A DNA stretch of 64,000 nt, from assembly GCA_000091205.1 (NCBI GenBank), contig AP006490.2; one strand, 5' to 3'. Position numbers and translations under genes: made by a program. Of this stretch, positions 24,759 to 34,799 are shown one piece after another; positions within the stretch are counted from its first letter, which is position 1; each line of letters opens with the position of its first letter. Under the pieces are notes generated by a model. It was not told where the DNA came from, did no database searches, and was given only the letters and a program-made list of their open reading frames with translations. The stretch comes from Cyanidioschyzon merolae. Its lineage: Eukaryota.

Positions 24759-25721
24759 CTATCCGATTGCTCTTCGAGAGCGAGCCGGGTCCACAGATGG
24801 ATACGTGGCCGTCCAGGTCCAGTCTGCGGCAGCATCGATTGCGGTTCCGTCGGTATCCAGTTTGTCTCGCGTTCCTGCCGTCATTCGATCCGCGATCTTG
24901 CAGCGGCTGGGTGCGTCTTCAAGCGATGGCGCTGGGGCCCGCCACGCCTGCTCGATCGCGTCACACACGCCTTCAGCCGTCGACTCGCACCGTACACCGC
25001 CATGATGCAGGAAATGTGCATTGATCATCTTTAGGGATGCCGCCGCCCGCATCCACTCCACAATGGGTTCCCAGTAGCCGTCAACGTCAAATAGCACGAT
25101 GGGTTTATTGTGGAATCCGAGCTGACGCCATGACAAGACCTCGGCGAGCTCCTCGAGGGTCCCGAGGCCCCCGGGCAGCGCCACGAACGCGTCTGAATCG
25201 AGGTAGAGGCCACGTTTGCGCTCCGCCATGTTTGTGACGGTGCGCACGGATGGCAGTTCCGGGTGACAGTTATGGACACGAAAGATATCGAGTATGACGG
25301 CATCGACGCGACCACCAACGGACAGCGCACCTTCGGTGAGTTTCCCCATGAGGCCAAAGCGGCCGCCACCGTTGCGCTGCGACCAACCGCGCTTCGCAAT
25401 CGCGACACCTAGCTCGAATGCTGCCTGTTGGTAGTGTTCAGGGGCATTCGCAGACGACGACGCGTAACACGTTACAACGGGAGTGTCTCTGGGGGCGTCG
25501 GGGTTGCCCGCCATGACGAAAAAAAAAGATCGCCAAGCGCGAGCCTCTTTTGTTCCCGTAAAGCGAGCACTATCGACGCCGATACCTGTCGCTTGGGCCC
25601 AGAACGGCTTTTCGAAAAGCCAGTGTATACATGCGGCCTTTCGGACCGTCCAAACACAGAAGCTTTCGCACTTGGAAGCGCGTTCAGGGGTACAGGCGTA
25701 CGGGAGCGTGCGCGCGCGCAT
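24759..25721 (-). CDS. LOG family protein (cytokinin riboside 5'-monophosphate phosphoribohydrolase / lysine-decarboxylase-like), with an N-terminal extension
   Basis: GGGRFGLMGKL...GGRVDAVILD...ALPGGLGTLEELAEVLSWRQLGFHNKPIVLFDVDGYW matches the LOG (TIGR00730) PGGxGTxxE signature. Confidence 0.85.
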   Translation of the reverse strand: MRARTLPYACTPERASKCESFCVWTVRKAACIHWLFEKPFWAQATGIGVDSARFTGTKEARAWRSFFFVMAGNPDAPRDTPVVTCYASSSANAPEHYQQAAFELGVAIAKRGWSQRNGGGRFGLMGKLTEGALSVGGRVDAVILDIFRVHNCHPELPSVRTVTNMAERKRGLYLDSDAFVALPGGLGTLEELAEVLSWRQLGFHNKPIVLFDVDGYWEPIVEWMRAAASLKMINAHFLHHGGVRCESTAEGVCDAIEQAWRAPAPSLEDAPSRCKIADRMTAGTRDKLDTDGTAIDAAADWTWTATYPSVDPARSRRAIG

Positions 25722-26056
25722 CTTCGCCGGATACGCGCCTTTAACGATCCGTCATGAAAAACGGGCCAAAAGTGGTTGGTATAGTATAAAAAGAATATTT
25801 AGGGATGAAGTGGCCATAGAGCATGGATGACGGGTGTGTCGTTTGCGTGTGGCGCACGCGCGCATCGATCACGGAATGATCGCCATACCACCTCAATGCA
25901 TAACTCGATCCATATGCACGACTTGCTTTTCGCTGACTTGCAGACTCGGTGTGTCTCACCGGCACTCTCGAACAGAATAACACTTGCTTGAGGGTCACGC
26001 TTCTTCTCGTGTGGAGTTCGAGCTCCGTCATACGCGCCCTGGTCGAAGCAGTGTGA

Positions 26057-26920
26057 TTGACCGGAACTCGTGCAGCTCGTCAGCAATACCTGCACCCTGG
26101 GAGCATGTTTCAAGTCGTGCCAGCGATTCAGCGCCGAGTGCCTGGCCACCAAAGCGGCTACTCCTGGGCAACACGGCTCGAGGCGAGGCGCCGCCGCCAG
26201 CTTCGTGCTGGCCGTTTCACCATGCTGTGGCCGTTCGGTGCGCTGGAGAAGCGCCGGCGCGCGTTTGCCGAGCTCTTCACCAACCCGAACTTCCCGCCAA
26301 GCTGGCCGTACACTGCGTCCGATTTTGAGCGTCTCGATGAATCGCCGGATGAGTTGTTTTACACACAGCCGCGATTCGTGACCCATATTGATGACGACGC
26401 AATCGCTGCGCTCAAGTCGTTCTACGGGGAAACACTGCGTGATGGAACCGATCTGCTCGACTTGTGTTCGTCATGGATTTCGCACTTACCGGAGCAGTAT
26501 CGACCACGCCAGGTCGTTGGGCTCGGGTTAAACGATCTTGAATTGAAAAAGAACACTCGCTTGGACCGGTGGGTGGTTCAGAACCTGAACGAGAACCCGG
26601 TATTTCCGTTTGCGGATGATTCGTTTGATTACGTCACATGCGTGGTATCCGTCGACTACCTGACCAAGCCGTTACAAGTATTTCGCGAAATACGACGGGT
26701 ACTTCGTCCCGGAGGAATGGCCATCATTGCCCAGTCAAATCGATGTTTTATGCAGAAAGTGATTGCGATCTGGCTTTCCACGAATGACCTGGAGCACGCT
26801 TATATCATAGGATCCTATTTTCATTACGCCGGTGGTTTTGAGAACTTGCTAGCACGCGACATTTCACGGGGACGTGGCGACCCCATGTTCGTGGTCACCG
26901 CTACGAAGCAGAGGACATAG
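26057..26920 (+). CDS. Class I SAM-dependent methyltransferase (Methyltransf_11-like)
   Basis: LLDLCSSWISHLP...FDYVTCVVSVDYLTKPLQVFREIRRVLRPGGMAIIAQSNRCF carries the typical SAM-binding motifs I and post-I. Confidence 0.7.
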   Translation: MTGTRAARQQYLHPGSMFQVVPAIQRRVPGHQSGYSWATRLEARRRRQLRAGRFTMLWPFGALEKRRRAFAELFTNPNFPPSWPYTASDFERLDESPDELFYTQPRFVTHIDDDAIAALKSFYGETLRDGTDLLDLCSSWISHLPEQYRPRQVVGLGLNDLELKKNTRLDRWVVQNLNENPVFPFADDSFDYVTCVVSVDYLTKPLQVFREIRRVLRPGGMAIIAQSNRCFMQKVIAIWLSTNDLEHAYIIGSYFHYAGGFENLLARDISRGRGDPMFVVTATKQRT

Positions 26921-28754
26921 TTGCTGCTGGCGCTGCCGCTGACGAAGATGATGACGAAGGATGGCGCTTCGCGTCTCGGAACATGGACGCAAAGAAGGCC
27001 TTGTCGCGGCGATCCTGTTCGCGAAGAATGCGCTTCAGCTCCTGGAATTTGCGTTGCGCTGGTTCATTCCGAGGTTCGAGTTCCAGGATTCGCCGCAAGT
27101 CGCTCGCTGCTTCGTCGTAGTCGGCGCGAGCGATGTACGCGCACGCTCGTCGATACAGCGCCTTGGTTTGGGCGCTTTCGCGCTCGAGCACCTTGTTGCA
27201 ATGCTCTATGACCTTGTCAGGGCGCCGGCGTTTCTCGTACACAGCGGCAAGGTTGAGCCTTGCTGCCCGCATGAGTTCCGCAGCCTCTGCTTTGAGGTCA
27301 GCCGGCAGGTCTGCATCATAACTGAATGCATTCACAATAAAATCATAATGGGGCTCAGCTCGATCGTAGCGTTGCTCTTTGTACAGTTTGTTACCGATTT
27401 CCTTGTGGCGTCTGGCGGCCTCAATTTTCTCCTGCGGCGACATTTCATAGCTTTGCTTGCCGTTCGTGAAACCGCAAAGCTTCACGTGATAGCTCTTCGG
27501 CAACTCACTCTCTGGCGTTGCTGGATCAGCGTACTGCTTGCTATGGATAGTGACAACCGCCTCCGCGCCTTTCTTCATTTTTGCGAGTGCCATCTCGAGG
27601 CCCGTGCAAGCCATACTGCCGTCGCCGAGCGTGACCTCTTCCTCGATGCCGCCACCACTACCATCAATGACGATTCGGCACCGCGAATCGATCTCGTTGG
27701 GACGCTCCCAGCCTTCACCTTCCTCCAGCACCTTCACCGTTACCTGACCGTCTGCAAGACTCGTGGTGCGATGCCATTTTGCGAGCCGCAGCTCTATCAC
27801 CGCCGAATCGCTCGCGCCAAGTCCCAACGTTGTAAACTCCTGTGCATATTGTGGCGCACAGGTCAGCTCGACGACCTCGCCTTTCTTCATATCCCGGATT
27901 GCTCGCTCTACACAGCGCGGCACAGGCATGCCCTGGTAACTGGGGCGCATCTCCGTATCCCGTCGAACAGCAAAGATGAGTTCATGCTCAGCACTGTCCT
28001 GCACCGGTTCTCCGTTTCTCCGAACGAGTCTATAGAAGGTAACTGCCTCGTCTCCATCGCGCACGTGCTCCCATCCGCTACCCTCGCGGATCACTTTGCG
28101 AACGCAGCCACGATCGCCGAACAAGTCACGCACACTGTGCCAGGACAGAAGCTCGATCTCGAACTCGAGGGTAGCGTTCGGAGGGATTTTCGGCGGTGCG
28201 CCCGCCTCACCGTACGCATAAGAGGGTGCAATTTCGAAGACCGCAACTTCGCCCTTTGCCATCGATTTCACTGCGATATCCCATCCTTTGATGACGCTAC
28301 CGCTGTCGAGCGTGAACTCGAACGGCTCACCGCGCTCGCGTGAAGAGTCAAACTGGGTCCCGTCGGACTTGAGGCGACCTACGTAGTGCACGCAAACCTC
28401 GTCTCCAGACTCTGGGTGCTCCCACGACGTCTGGGAGCGCTTGATGACTCGTTTCAAAACGCCACCGTCGCCAGTAAGGTCCTTCTCCTTATCGTCCTTG
28501 AGCGGCTCCGCGTCATCCATGTCGTCGTCTATGCCGCCGCCAACGTTTTCGGGTGCGAGTTCGTCGAGACTCTCCCCGTCGCCTTTGAACTCGGACTCGT
28601 CAGCCGCTATCGGTGTTGGTTCAGGAAGGCCTGTCTCTGGCTCGGTGACTTTTTCCGTATCTTTTGTGGGCTCGCTCTGTGCTTGGTTCATGGCTTTGTT
28701 TGCAGTGTCCTGTCGCGTAGTTTTCCGAGACTTGCGAGAGCGCAGCGTTACCAT
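26901..28754 (-). CDS. FKBP-type peptidyl-prolyl isomerase with C-terminal TPR repeats (FKBP52/FKBP62-like immunophilin)
   Basis: FKBP domains (GDEVCVHYVGRLKSDGTQFDSSRERGEPFEFTLDSGSVIKGWDIAVKSMAKGE; LEFEIELLSW) followed by TPR units (EKIEAARRHKEIGNKLYKEQRYDRAEPHYDFIV; KAEAAELMRAARLNLAAVYEKRRRPDKVIEHCNKVLE; ALYRRACAYIARADYDEAASDLRRILELEP). The 3' end overlaps the convergent methyltransferase gene by 20 nt. Confidence 0.9.
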   Translation of the reverse strand: MVTLRSRKSRKTTRQDTANKAMNQAQSEPTKDTEKVTEPETGLPEPTPIAADESEFKGDGESLDELAPENVGGGIDDDMDDAEPLKDDKEKDLTGDGGVLKRVIKRSQTSWEHPESGDEVCVHYVGRLKSDGTQFDSSRERGEPFEFTLDSGSVIKGWDIAVKSMAKGEVAVFEIAPSYAYGEAGAPPKIPPNATLEFEIELLSWHSVRDLFGDRGCVRKVIREGSGWEHVRDGDEAVTFYRLVRRNGEPVQDSAEHELIFAVRRDTEMRPSYQGMPVPRCVERAIRDMKKGEVVELTCAPQYAQEFTTLGLGASDSAVIELRLAKWHRTTSLADGQVTVKVLEEGEGWERPNEIDSRCRIVIDGSGGGIEEEVTLGDGSMACTGLEMALAKMKKGAEAVVTIHSKQYADPATPESELPKSYHVKLCGFTNGKQSYEMSPQEKIEAARRHKEIGNKLYKEQRYDRAEPHYDFIVNAFSYDADLPADLKAEAAELMRAARLNLAAVYEKRRRPDKVIEHCNKVLERESAQTKALYRRACAYIARADYDEAASDLRRILELEPRNEPAQRKFQELKRILREQDRRDKAFFASMFRDAKRHPSSSSSSAAAPAATMSSAS

Positions 28755-29254
28755 ACACTAGCGCAGACCCAATCCTGTTTCGTGTGAAGCCCAAATCTCG
28801 CACAGTGCTTGAGTGTATGCCACACGCTCCTTAGTGCCTTGTGCGAAAACGAGCTGCAAACAACCCGTATTAGATTGGCCTGGAACAACTGGCGGAGGCG
28901 ATCCGCATCGCACCCGGGTCAAGACGAACTTTCCAGAAGACACGCTAGGCGTGTTGTCGCCCTGAGGCGAAGGATCATTCACCTAGACTGTATAAATATG
29001 TATTTTTTAGTATATTATAGGTAAAAGAGGACGGACGACCAATGGTCCGTGTTACCTAGCATGTCGATCGCTCTGAGGTATTGCCCCGCAACCGGTCTCC
29101 ATCGTTGGATACGAGACAGGATTCACGCTGATCAAGCACGAGAGCGTAGTACAACTTCTCGGGTGCAGCATCCAAACGATAAAACTCTCGAATAGCTGAG
29201 ACACAGCCGCTGCTGGGCCGCCGCACGGTGACAAATTTCGAACGCATGGCGTGG

Positions 29255-29740
29255 GCGTCCACGATCGTAGTCGTCTTTTAACTTTATTCTATTCCACGTT
29301 CAAGTGAGTGTAAACAGATGCTTTTCGCAGTTTATAGCGGATACATACAAAGTGCGTTCAAGTTCATAAACATATCCTCATCTTGCGGACCATCGGGCGA
29401 AGAATAGCAATTGACGAAGAAGAAGACGGGAGATACACGAGAAAAGGTATTCGCCTAACGGGACATGGCTGAGATTGTAGTGGCACAATGGGCACGAGTT
29501 CTGGCAATCCTTGCAATGATCAGTTGCGCCAAAGGCGAAAAACGCATGGAGTTCGTGAAGTGAGACTTCAACGCCGCCATCAATAGCAGACGATGTGCGA
29601 TACTGAAGACGAGACCAGAGGAGCTGACGCAATCATACCTCATGGGGCAGTCTCTCAAGCTCGAAGTCTAAAAGGAGAATCTGGAACCTATAGCGAGGGG
29701 CCGGTCAAACAAGGCTGGCAGACGTGTGCGCGTGGGTATT
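29255..29740 (+). mobile_element. Internally deleted (MITE-like) derivative of the TnpB/Fanzor-like element, copy C
   Basis: About 200 bp homologous to the 5' leader and N-terminal coding start of copies A and B (ttcaagtga...cgcagtttatagc.ga...gcgttcaag). This joins directly to about 270 bp of the 3' end: KRMEFVK*DFNAAINSRRCAILKTRPEELTQSYLMGQSLKLEV*KENLEPIARGRSNKAGRRVRV, compared with [66 protein letters not shown] in copy B. Confidence 0.7.
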
Positions 29741-30475
29741 CATTAACAGCACATAGAAGTGGGTCATTTTTTGTTTCTCTGAACACATTGTATCTCTGTA
29801 CCGCAGTAATCGGCGCTTAAAAGCTCCGGTTCCTGCTGAGTGCATTCGCTTGCTGGCCGGCCGGCCAGCTCTGTGGTCCCATTATGAGCTACCCGACAAA
29901 CCCCTTGTCTCTTTGCATGTTTTCTATGTCCTTTCTAGCGGGAGCACGTTGTCTTGCCTACTTGTTGCAAGGACGCCTGCTCGCTCATACGGAGACTCTG
30001 GACGGAGGTGGGTCTGCATCTTCGGCCTCCGATCTCCTGTTTTTCATACGTCGTGGCATCATGGTCGACATTTTTAATGGCATCTCGTATTGCCGGACTT
30101 TTCCTTGGATCATGGGTTTCATTCAAGGCGCTGATCCCGTCGCTATCTGAGTCCATGTAGCCTGTATTCGCACAGGCACAGGTACAGGCGCAGCTCAGCA
30201 TAGCGCACACGCCAGCATCTTCGTGGCAGACAGAGAGACACCACCACCATTCATGGATTGTCTAACATCACTCGCGTTCGACAGCATCCAAGGCAAGCCA
30301 CGCCATGCGGCCGTGTCGTCGGCGTCGGTTTTCGTCGAGCGTGTATGCTATAACCGGAGTCGACATGTATCGAAATGTTCATTCATTCGGTTATCAATCC
30401 CACTTAACACCTGACCTTGCACAACACCAAGAATCAAGTTCTCATGTAGAGTCAAGGGGCCAGGTTCATGCTGTA

Positions 30476-31186
30476 TCATCGCAGCACGCGGCTCTCGCCA
30501 GTATTCAGAAGATTTCCATAACAGCGCCTGTAGAGGTCCACTTGACGCTCATAAAGTGCCGCAACAGCTGGATGTCGCAGGGCTTCGCGAAACTCGGCAG
30601 AACACAATTGTTCCAAGAAAAAAAGCGCAATCGGCTGGGACACGTGCTGCCGGTACGCCGGGTCCTGCCGCCAGCGCTGCAGAGTTGTGAGTCGTCTCTG
30701 CGCCACGACGTCGTCGAATCGACGCATCTGGCACAAATATGCCACATAAGACGGCGACGCAAGCGACTCTACCCAAGCAAGCTCCTCCAGAAAAGATGCC
30801 GCTGGCGGTATGCTCTCCAAAAACGACTCGTGCAAACCGCCCGAAGGCATCTCCTGTTGCTCCGTGTGTGCAACACCGGCAGCGGTGCTGGCGCTAGCGT
30901 CGGCACTGCCAACCAGCGAGGTGCTCTCCGAGCCCTCCCCCGCCTCGGGAGCAAGCTCCGCTGTCTTAGCTGCAAGTTTCCGTTTGCGTCCCGGCATTGG
31001 TGCAGCGTATCGAGCGGTTTCCTCAAGCGCCCAACCGCCAAAGCTGGCAGGTACCGATACGAAACACGGAGTGTGTCCGCTATCGTCGGCTAAGCGTTGC
31101 GCTTCGCCACCAGTGATCGTCAGATCCCGTGCCAAACCCGCCCAACAAACGCTGCAGTCCAGGAAACAAAGACACAGACGCTGCAA
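30476..31186 (-). CDS. MED31: Mediator subunit MED31/SOH1-like; the true start is probably internal at MPGRKRK (about 30997)
   Basis: RFLESIPPAASFLEELAWVESLASPSYVAYLCQMRRFDDVVAQRRLTTLQRWRQDPAYRQHVSQPIALFFLEQLCSAEFREAL follows the MED31 pattern RFxxELEFVxCLAxPxYxxxLAQxxYFxDxxFxxYLxYLxYWxxPEYxxxLxYPxCLxxLELLQxExFRxEL. Confidence 0.55.
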   Translation of the reverse strand: MQRLCLCFLDCSVCWAGLARDLTITGGEAQRLADDSGHTPCFVSVPASFGGWALEETARYAAPMPGRKRKLAAKTAELAPEAGEGSESTSLVGSADASASTAAGVAHTEQQEMPSGGLHESFLESIPPAASFLEELAWVESLASPSYVAYLCQMRRFDDVVAQRRLTTLQRWRQDPAYRQHVSQPIALFFLEQLCSAEFREALRHPAVAALYERQVDLYRRCYGNLLNTGESRVLR

Positions 31187-31633
31187 CTATTTCCCCTGAT
31201 CAACAGATCGTTCACATGAACTACCCGGAGTCACGAAAGCCGGGACAGCGATCCGCTGCGCACGCTCGAGCACGCCACCCGCGCACACATCGCAGGAGCG
31301 CGCGGACACGTGTCTGCGCTGCCTCGCAAACTGCGGCAGCCGCAACGGCCGTCAGCGCGATCTCCCGCGTCGATTCGCGAGCATTTGCCTTGCATCAGCG
31401 GCTGTGCTGCTGCTGCTGCTGCGCGCCGTCGCCGTGCACCGCCACGAGCAGCCAGCGCACGTCGCGTGCTGCGGCAGACGACGCACCTCGCGGGGCCAGC
31501 GCGCTCCATTCAGCAGCGAACACTGCGATTGGGGTCGCCTGAGCGCCTCCTGGAAGTGTGTGCTTCAGTGTTCCCTGGACTGGTGTCGTGCACCTGTGAT
31601 CACTTGGGTTCTCGGTGAGCTACTCGTTCGTAA

Positions 31634-32515
31634 ATGGTTTTCGTTACATCTGCAGGTATAGCAGCCGCAAGGTCTGGGTGCTCTTGGTTCGGTGCCGCTC
31701 GTTCACCGGCTGCGTTGAGACGTACTGTGTGCAGTCGACGACCTCAGCAGCTGTTGGCGTCAGCGTACCCGGGCTCACGACCACCGCACGCCCACGAGGC
31801 TGTCCATCACGACGGTGCGCATCGGCCTGGCGAGCGAAAAGGTTTCGTACAGGAGATGCGGGTTGTCGCCATGCGCCTACACACGAAAGATCAGGCGCGA
31901 GAGGGGAAGCAGGAGGAGTCAGCACTGCCTATCACGGAATGGCGTCCGACGCGCGCCGACTTTTTGCAGTTTTTGGTGGACTCCAAGGCAGTCTATGATT
32001 TTATGGAGGGTTATGTGGCCGGTGAGGCCTCAAAGGGAAACCCACTCTTCAAACCTTTCGTGAACACGGGCCTGGAACGCGGTCAGGCGCTGGCCTCTGA
32101 CATTGCCTGGTTCCGCGACGAACTCGGCTATCAAGTACCCGAGCCGACCGAGGCAGCGCAGCGTTACATAGACTATTTGCGAGGTCTCTTCGAACGCAGT
32201 CCAGAGGCCGTGCTCTGCCACTGGTACAATTATTACTTCGCACACACCGCTGGTGGTCGAATGATTGGACGGAACATGGAGAATATGCTGTTTGGCGACG
32301 GGCCCAATGCAAAGCGCTTCGAGTTCTACAAATGGGAGCGAGACGTCAAACAGATCTTGGATGAGGTACGTGAGCGAATTGATGAAGTAGCCAAGGATTG
32401 GCCCCGGGAAGTCAAGGATGCATGCTTGAACGAGACCGGCCTCGCTTTCGCGTACAGTGGAACCATTCTAAATAATCTCGCGAAACGCGCCGAGGAGCCG
32501 GCACCAGCATCGTGA
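31634..32515 (+). CDS. Heme oxygenase, plant/algal/cyanobacterial type (HY1/HO1-like), with an N-terminal extension (possible organellar targeting peptide)
   Basis: Near-collinear match to plant HO1: EMRVVAMRLHTKDQAREG...WRPTRADFLQFLVDSKAVYDFME...GLERGQALASDIAWFRDE...YIDYLRGLFERSPEAVLCHWYNYYFAHTAGGRMIG...RFEFYKWERDVKQILDEVRERIDEV. The stop is TGA. Confidence 0.85.
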   Translation: MVFVTSAGIAAARSGCSWFGAARSPAALRRTVCSRRPQQLLASAYPGSRPPHAHEAVHHDGAHRPGERKGFVQEMRVVAMRLHTKDQAREGKQEESALPITEWRPTRADFLQFLVDSKAVYDFMEGYVAGEASKGNPLFKPFVNTGLERGQALASDIAWFRDELGYQVPEPTEAAQRYIDYLRGLFERSPEAVLCHWYNYYFAHTAGGRMIGRNMENMLFGDGPNAKRFEFYKWERDVKQILDEVRERIDEVAKDWPREVKDACLNETGLAFAYSGTILNNLAKRAEEPAPAS

Positions 32516-33355
32516 AAGTTTATCGAACCTGTTTGTGCGTAAAACGTAGTTTTTGTATGTATGGTCGCTGTTTGGCATCCGGGTCCCTCACAAAGTCTCG
32601 GAGCGGTCGCGTATGATGCACCGCCAGCGCCGTGAACCCGCTCGTTGCCCGGCTGCGGACAGCGCGTCGGCACTGCTTGCCGCATGCACGCCAGCAAGAC
32701 GAGCTCGACGGGCGCCTGCGAGACAACTCCGTAAAAGCGCGCTCTGCACTATGAGAGACAAGCGCACGACGTCCATGACACCAAATATGATCTGGTACGC
32801 GGGGATCGAGTTTCGTCGCTGACCACGAACGAAGCATTCCCGGTGCGATCTGTAAATGGAACAGCTAGGAGATGCCCGCAGACGCTCCGTTGACGAAGAC
32901 GCGTATATTAAAGAAGACCATGCGATCCTGCTGGTCATCGTGATCGTGCGTTCTGTGCTTCTGGTAGTGACGAGCACAGCAGGCGCAACGCCTCCGCTCA
33001 GCTAGTTTTCCATCGTTCCAGTGCGGCAGCATCGTATATGGCATCTTCGCTACTGGCGCTGCACACACGCCTGCGATCTGCTCTACTGAAGAGTCCGCGA
33101 GACGAACGAAGCAATCGCGGGATATGCGATGCCTGTCAGCATTCAGTTAATCGACGACCGCTGCACATCAGACTTCGTACGTGCCGAGAACCCGGGGCAA
33201 GACTTGCCTTCGTGGATCACGATGCAGCGCGGGAGCGCTCCTGAGGCACGGCACGCGGGACATCCGCGAACGCATCCATGGTGTTGTAGGGGGCAGCCAA
33301 CCGCCATGCGGTATCGAGGATACCGCTGCGCCGATGGACAAGTCCAAGCGAACGT

Positions 33356-34792
33356 TTACACAGAACCGTTGAATGCCGGGGTCTCCTGCGAGCCTGCCTT
33401 GGCCATGCGCCAGACGTCGTCGCCTCGAGCGAGCAACTCTATCAGGTGCAGGCCGCTGGGCGTCTCCACGATGCCACTCAGTTGGCCGGGTTCCAGGTTG
33501 CGAACGGCTCGTTCGAATTCTGCATGCATCTCACCGGGCCCAAAAGGACGTATCCGACCGCCGTATCGGCTGCTTTTGCAATCGCTATGCTGCAAGGCCA
33601 GCTGTTCAAACGAGACGAGTCCGCTTTGTATCGTTTTCTGGAACTTGGACAGAAGGGCCCGCGCTTCCGCTTTACTACGCACAATGGGGTGGCCCTTCAG
33701 GTCGCTAGGGTTTCGTGATCCGGTATGCTTCAACAATATGTGACGAACATAAAAGACATCGTCCGGTGCCCGAGTCGCGTTCGACTGGGTCGCATCTGTG
33801 TCGCCACCGGTGATGCCGCTCGCGGGTGATGCCTGCTGCTCCGGACAGCGGCGACCGAGCAGCTGAATCAGATGGAAGCCAGACGAGGTCTCCACAACGT
33901 CGCTGATATCGCCGGTATGTTTCAGCTCCAGAAACGCCACTCGGGCAAATGGCTCCTGCATGGTTGTGTAGTCAAACCAGCCCAGGTCGCCACCTCGTTT
34001 GTAAGAATTACAGTCTGATTCGATTCGAGCGACCTCCTCAAAGCTTGCTTCCCCGCTGAGAATGTGTTGCCTCAGAGACTCAATCACAGCGCGTGCCTCA
34101 TCTCGGCTAATGCTCACTGGTTGTCCGGTGCGCTTGGATACCGGGTTCCGCACGTCGCGATGTTTGATAAGGATATGGCGAGCGCGCACCTGTCCAGGAA
34201 CTGGAGCCGCCGCAGTGCTCTCCGCAGGCGATTGACGCTCTGGAGCGCCACCAAGCCGAAGCCTCACGTATTGGGAGCTAGACCCGAACTCTATACGCGA
34301 GCCTTCAGCGATTACAAGTGGCTTAAGCGGCTCAACTTGTTGTCCACGTACTCGCGTGGCCCCAGCGCCCAAGTCGATCAGATAAAACTTTCGATGTTCG
34401 CGGTGAAATGCGACGGCAGCGTGGAGCGCTCCAACGTCAGACGCGTCCGCGAGAACAATGTCAACTGCAGTGGCCTTTCCTTGGCCGTTTCCAACAAGCA
34501 GGTAGCCCCGATTCGCCGGAAAAGGAACTTTGCGGACCCGCTCGTTGCTCTTTTGAGTGTAAACGTCTAGACGTGCGCCAGACGGTGCAGCCCCTAGCCA
34601 ACGTGGTTCTTTAAAGGTAGGTTGGGCTTTTACACCAGAAGCTTTGCGAGCAGCTTCCATAGTCTTTCCGTGCGACTTACCTCCCTGAGCGAGCGCGGTT
34701 TCGCCAGCGCTTTGTTTCCCTCTGTAGTAGACACGACCCACCGGTTTGATAAAGTATACCGCTTCTTTGCTCCCAAAGGTTTCCACGAACAA
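33356..34792 (-). CDS. FHA-domain protein with two tandem parvulin-type PPIase (rotamase) domains
   Basis: FHA-like N-terminus (GYLLVGNGQGKATAVDIVLADASDVGALHAAVAFHREHRKFYLIDLGAGATRVRGQQV). Two PpiC domains: RHILIKHRDVRNPVS...SDCNSYKRGGDLGWF...SGFHLIQLL and RHILLKHTGSRNPSD...SDCKSSRYGGRIRPFGPGEM...SGLHLIELL. Confidence 0.8.
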   Translation of the reverse strand: MFVETFGSKEAVYFIKPVGRVYYRGKQSAGETALAQGGKSHGKTMEAARKASGVKAQPTFKEPRWLGAAPSGARLDVYTQKSNERVRKVPFPANRGYLLVGNGQGKATAVDIVLADASDVGALHAAVAFHREHRKFYLIDLGAGATRVRGQQVEPLKPLVIAEGSRIEFGSSSQYVRLRLGGAPERQSPAESTAAAPVPGQVRARHILIKHRDVRNPVSKRTGQPVSISRDEARAVIESLRQHILSGEASFEEVARIESDCNSYKRGGDLGWFDYTTMQEPFARVAFLELKHTGDISDVVETSSGFHLIQLLGRRCPEQQASPASGITGGDTDATQSNATRAPDDVFYVRHILLKHTGSRNPSDLKGHPIVRSKAEARALLSKFQKTIQSGLVSFEQLALQHSDCKSSRYGGRIRPFGPGEMHAEFERAVRNLEPGQLSGIVETPSGLHLIELLARGDDVWRMAKAGSQETPAFNGSV

Positions 34793-34799
34793 CTAGAAC

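Noticed and set aside
33356-34792. Kinetoplastid origin, inferred from the Par42-like FHA-parvulin protein
   Set aside because: Genes switch strand every one or two genes across the window, with convergent and divergent pairs. This is incompatible with long kinetoplastid polycistronic units.
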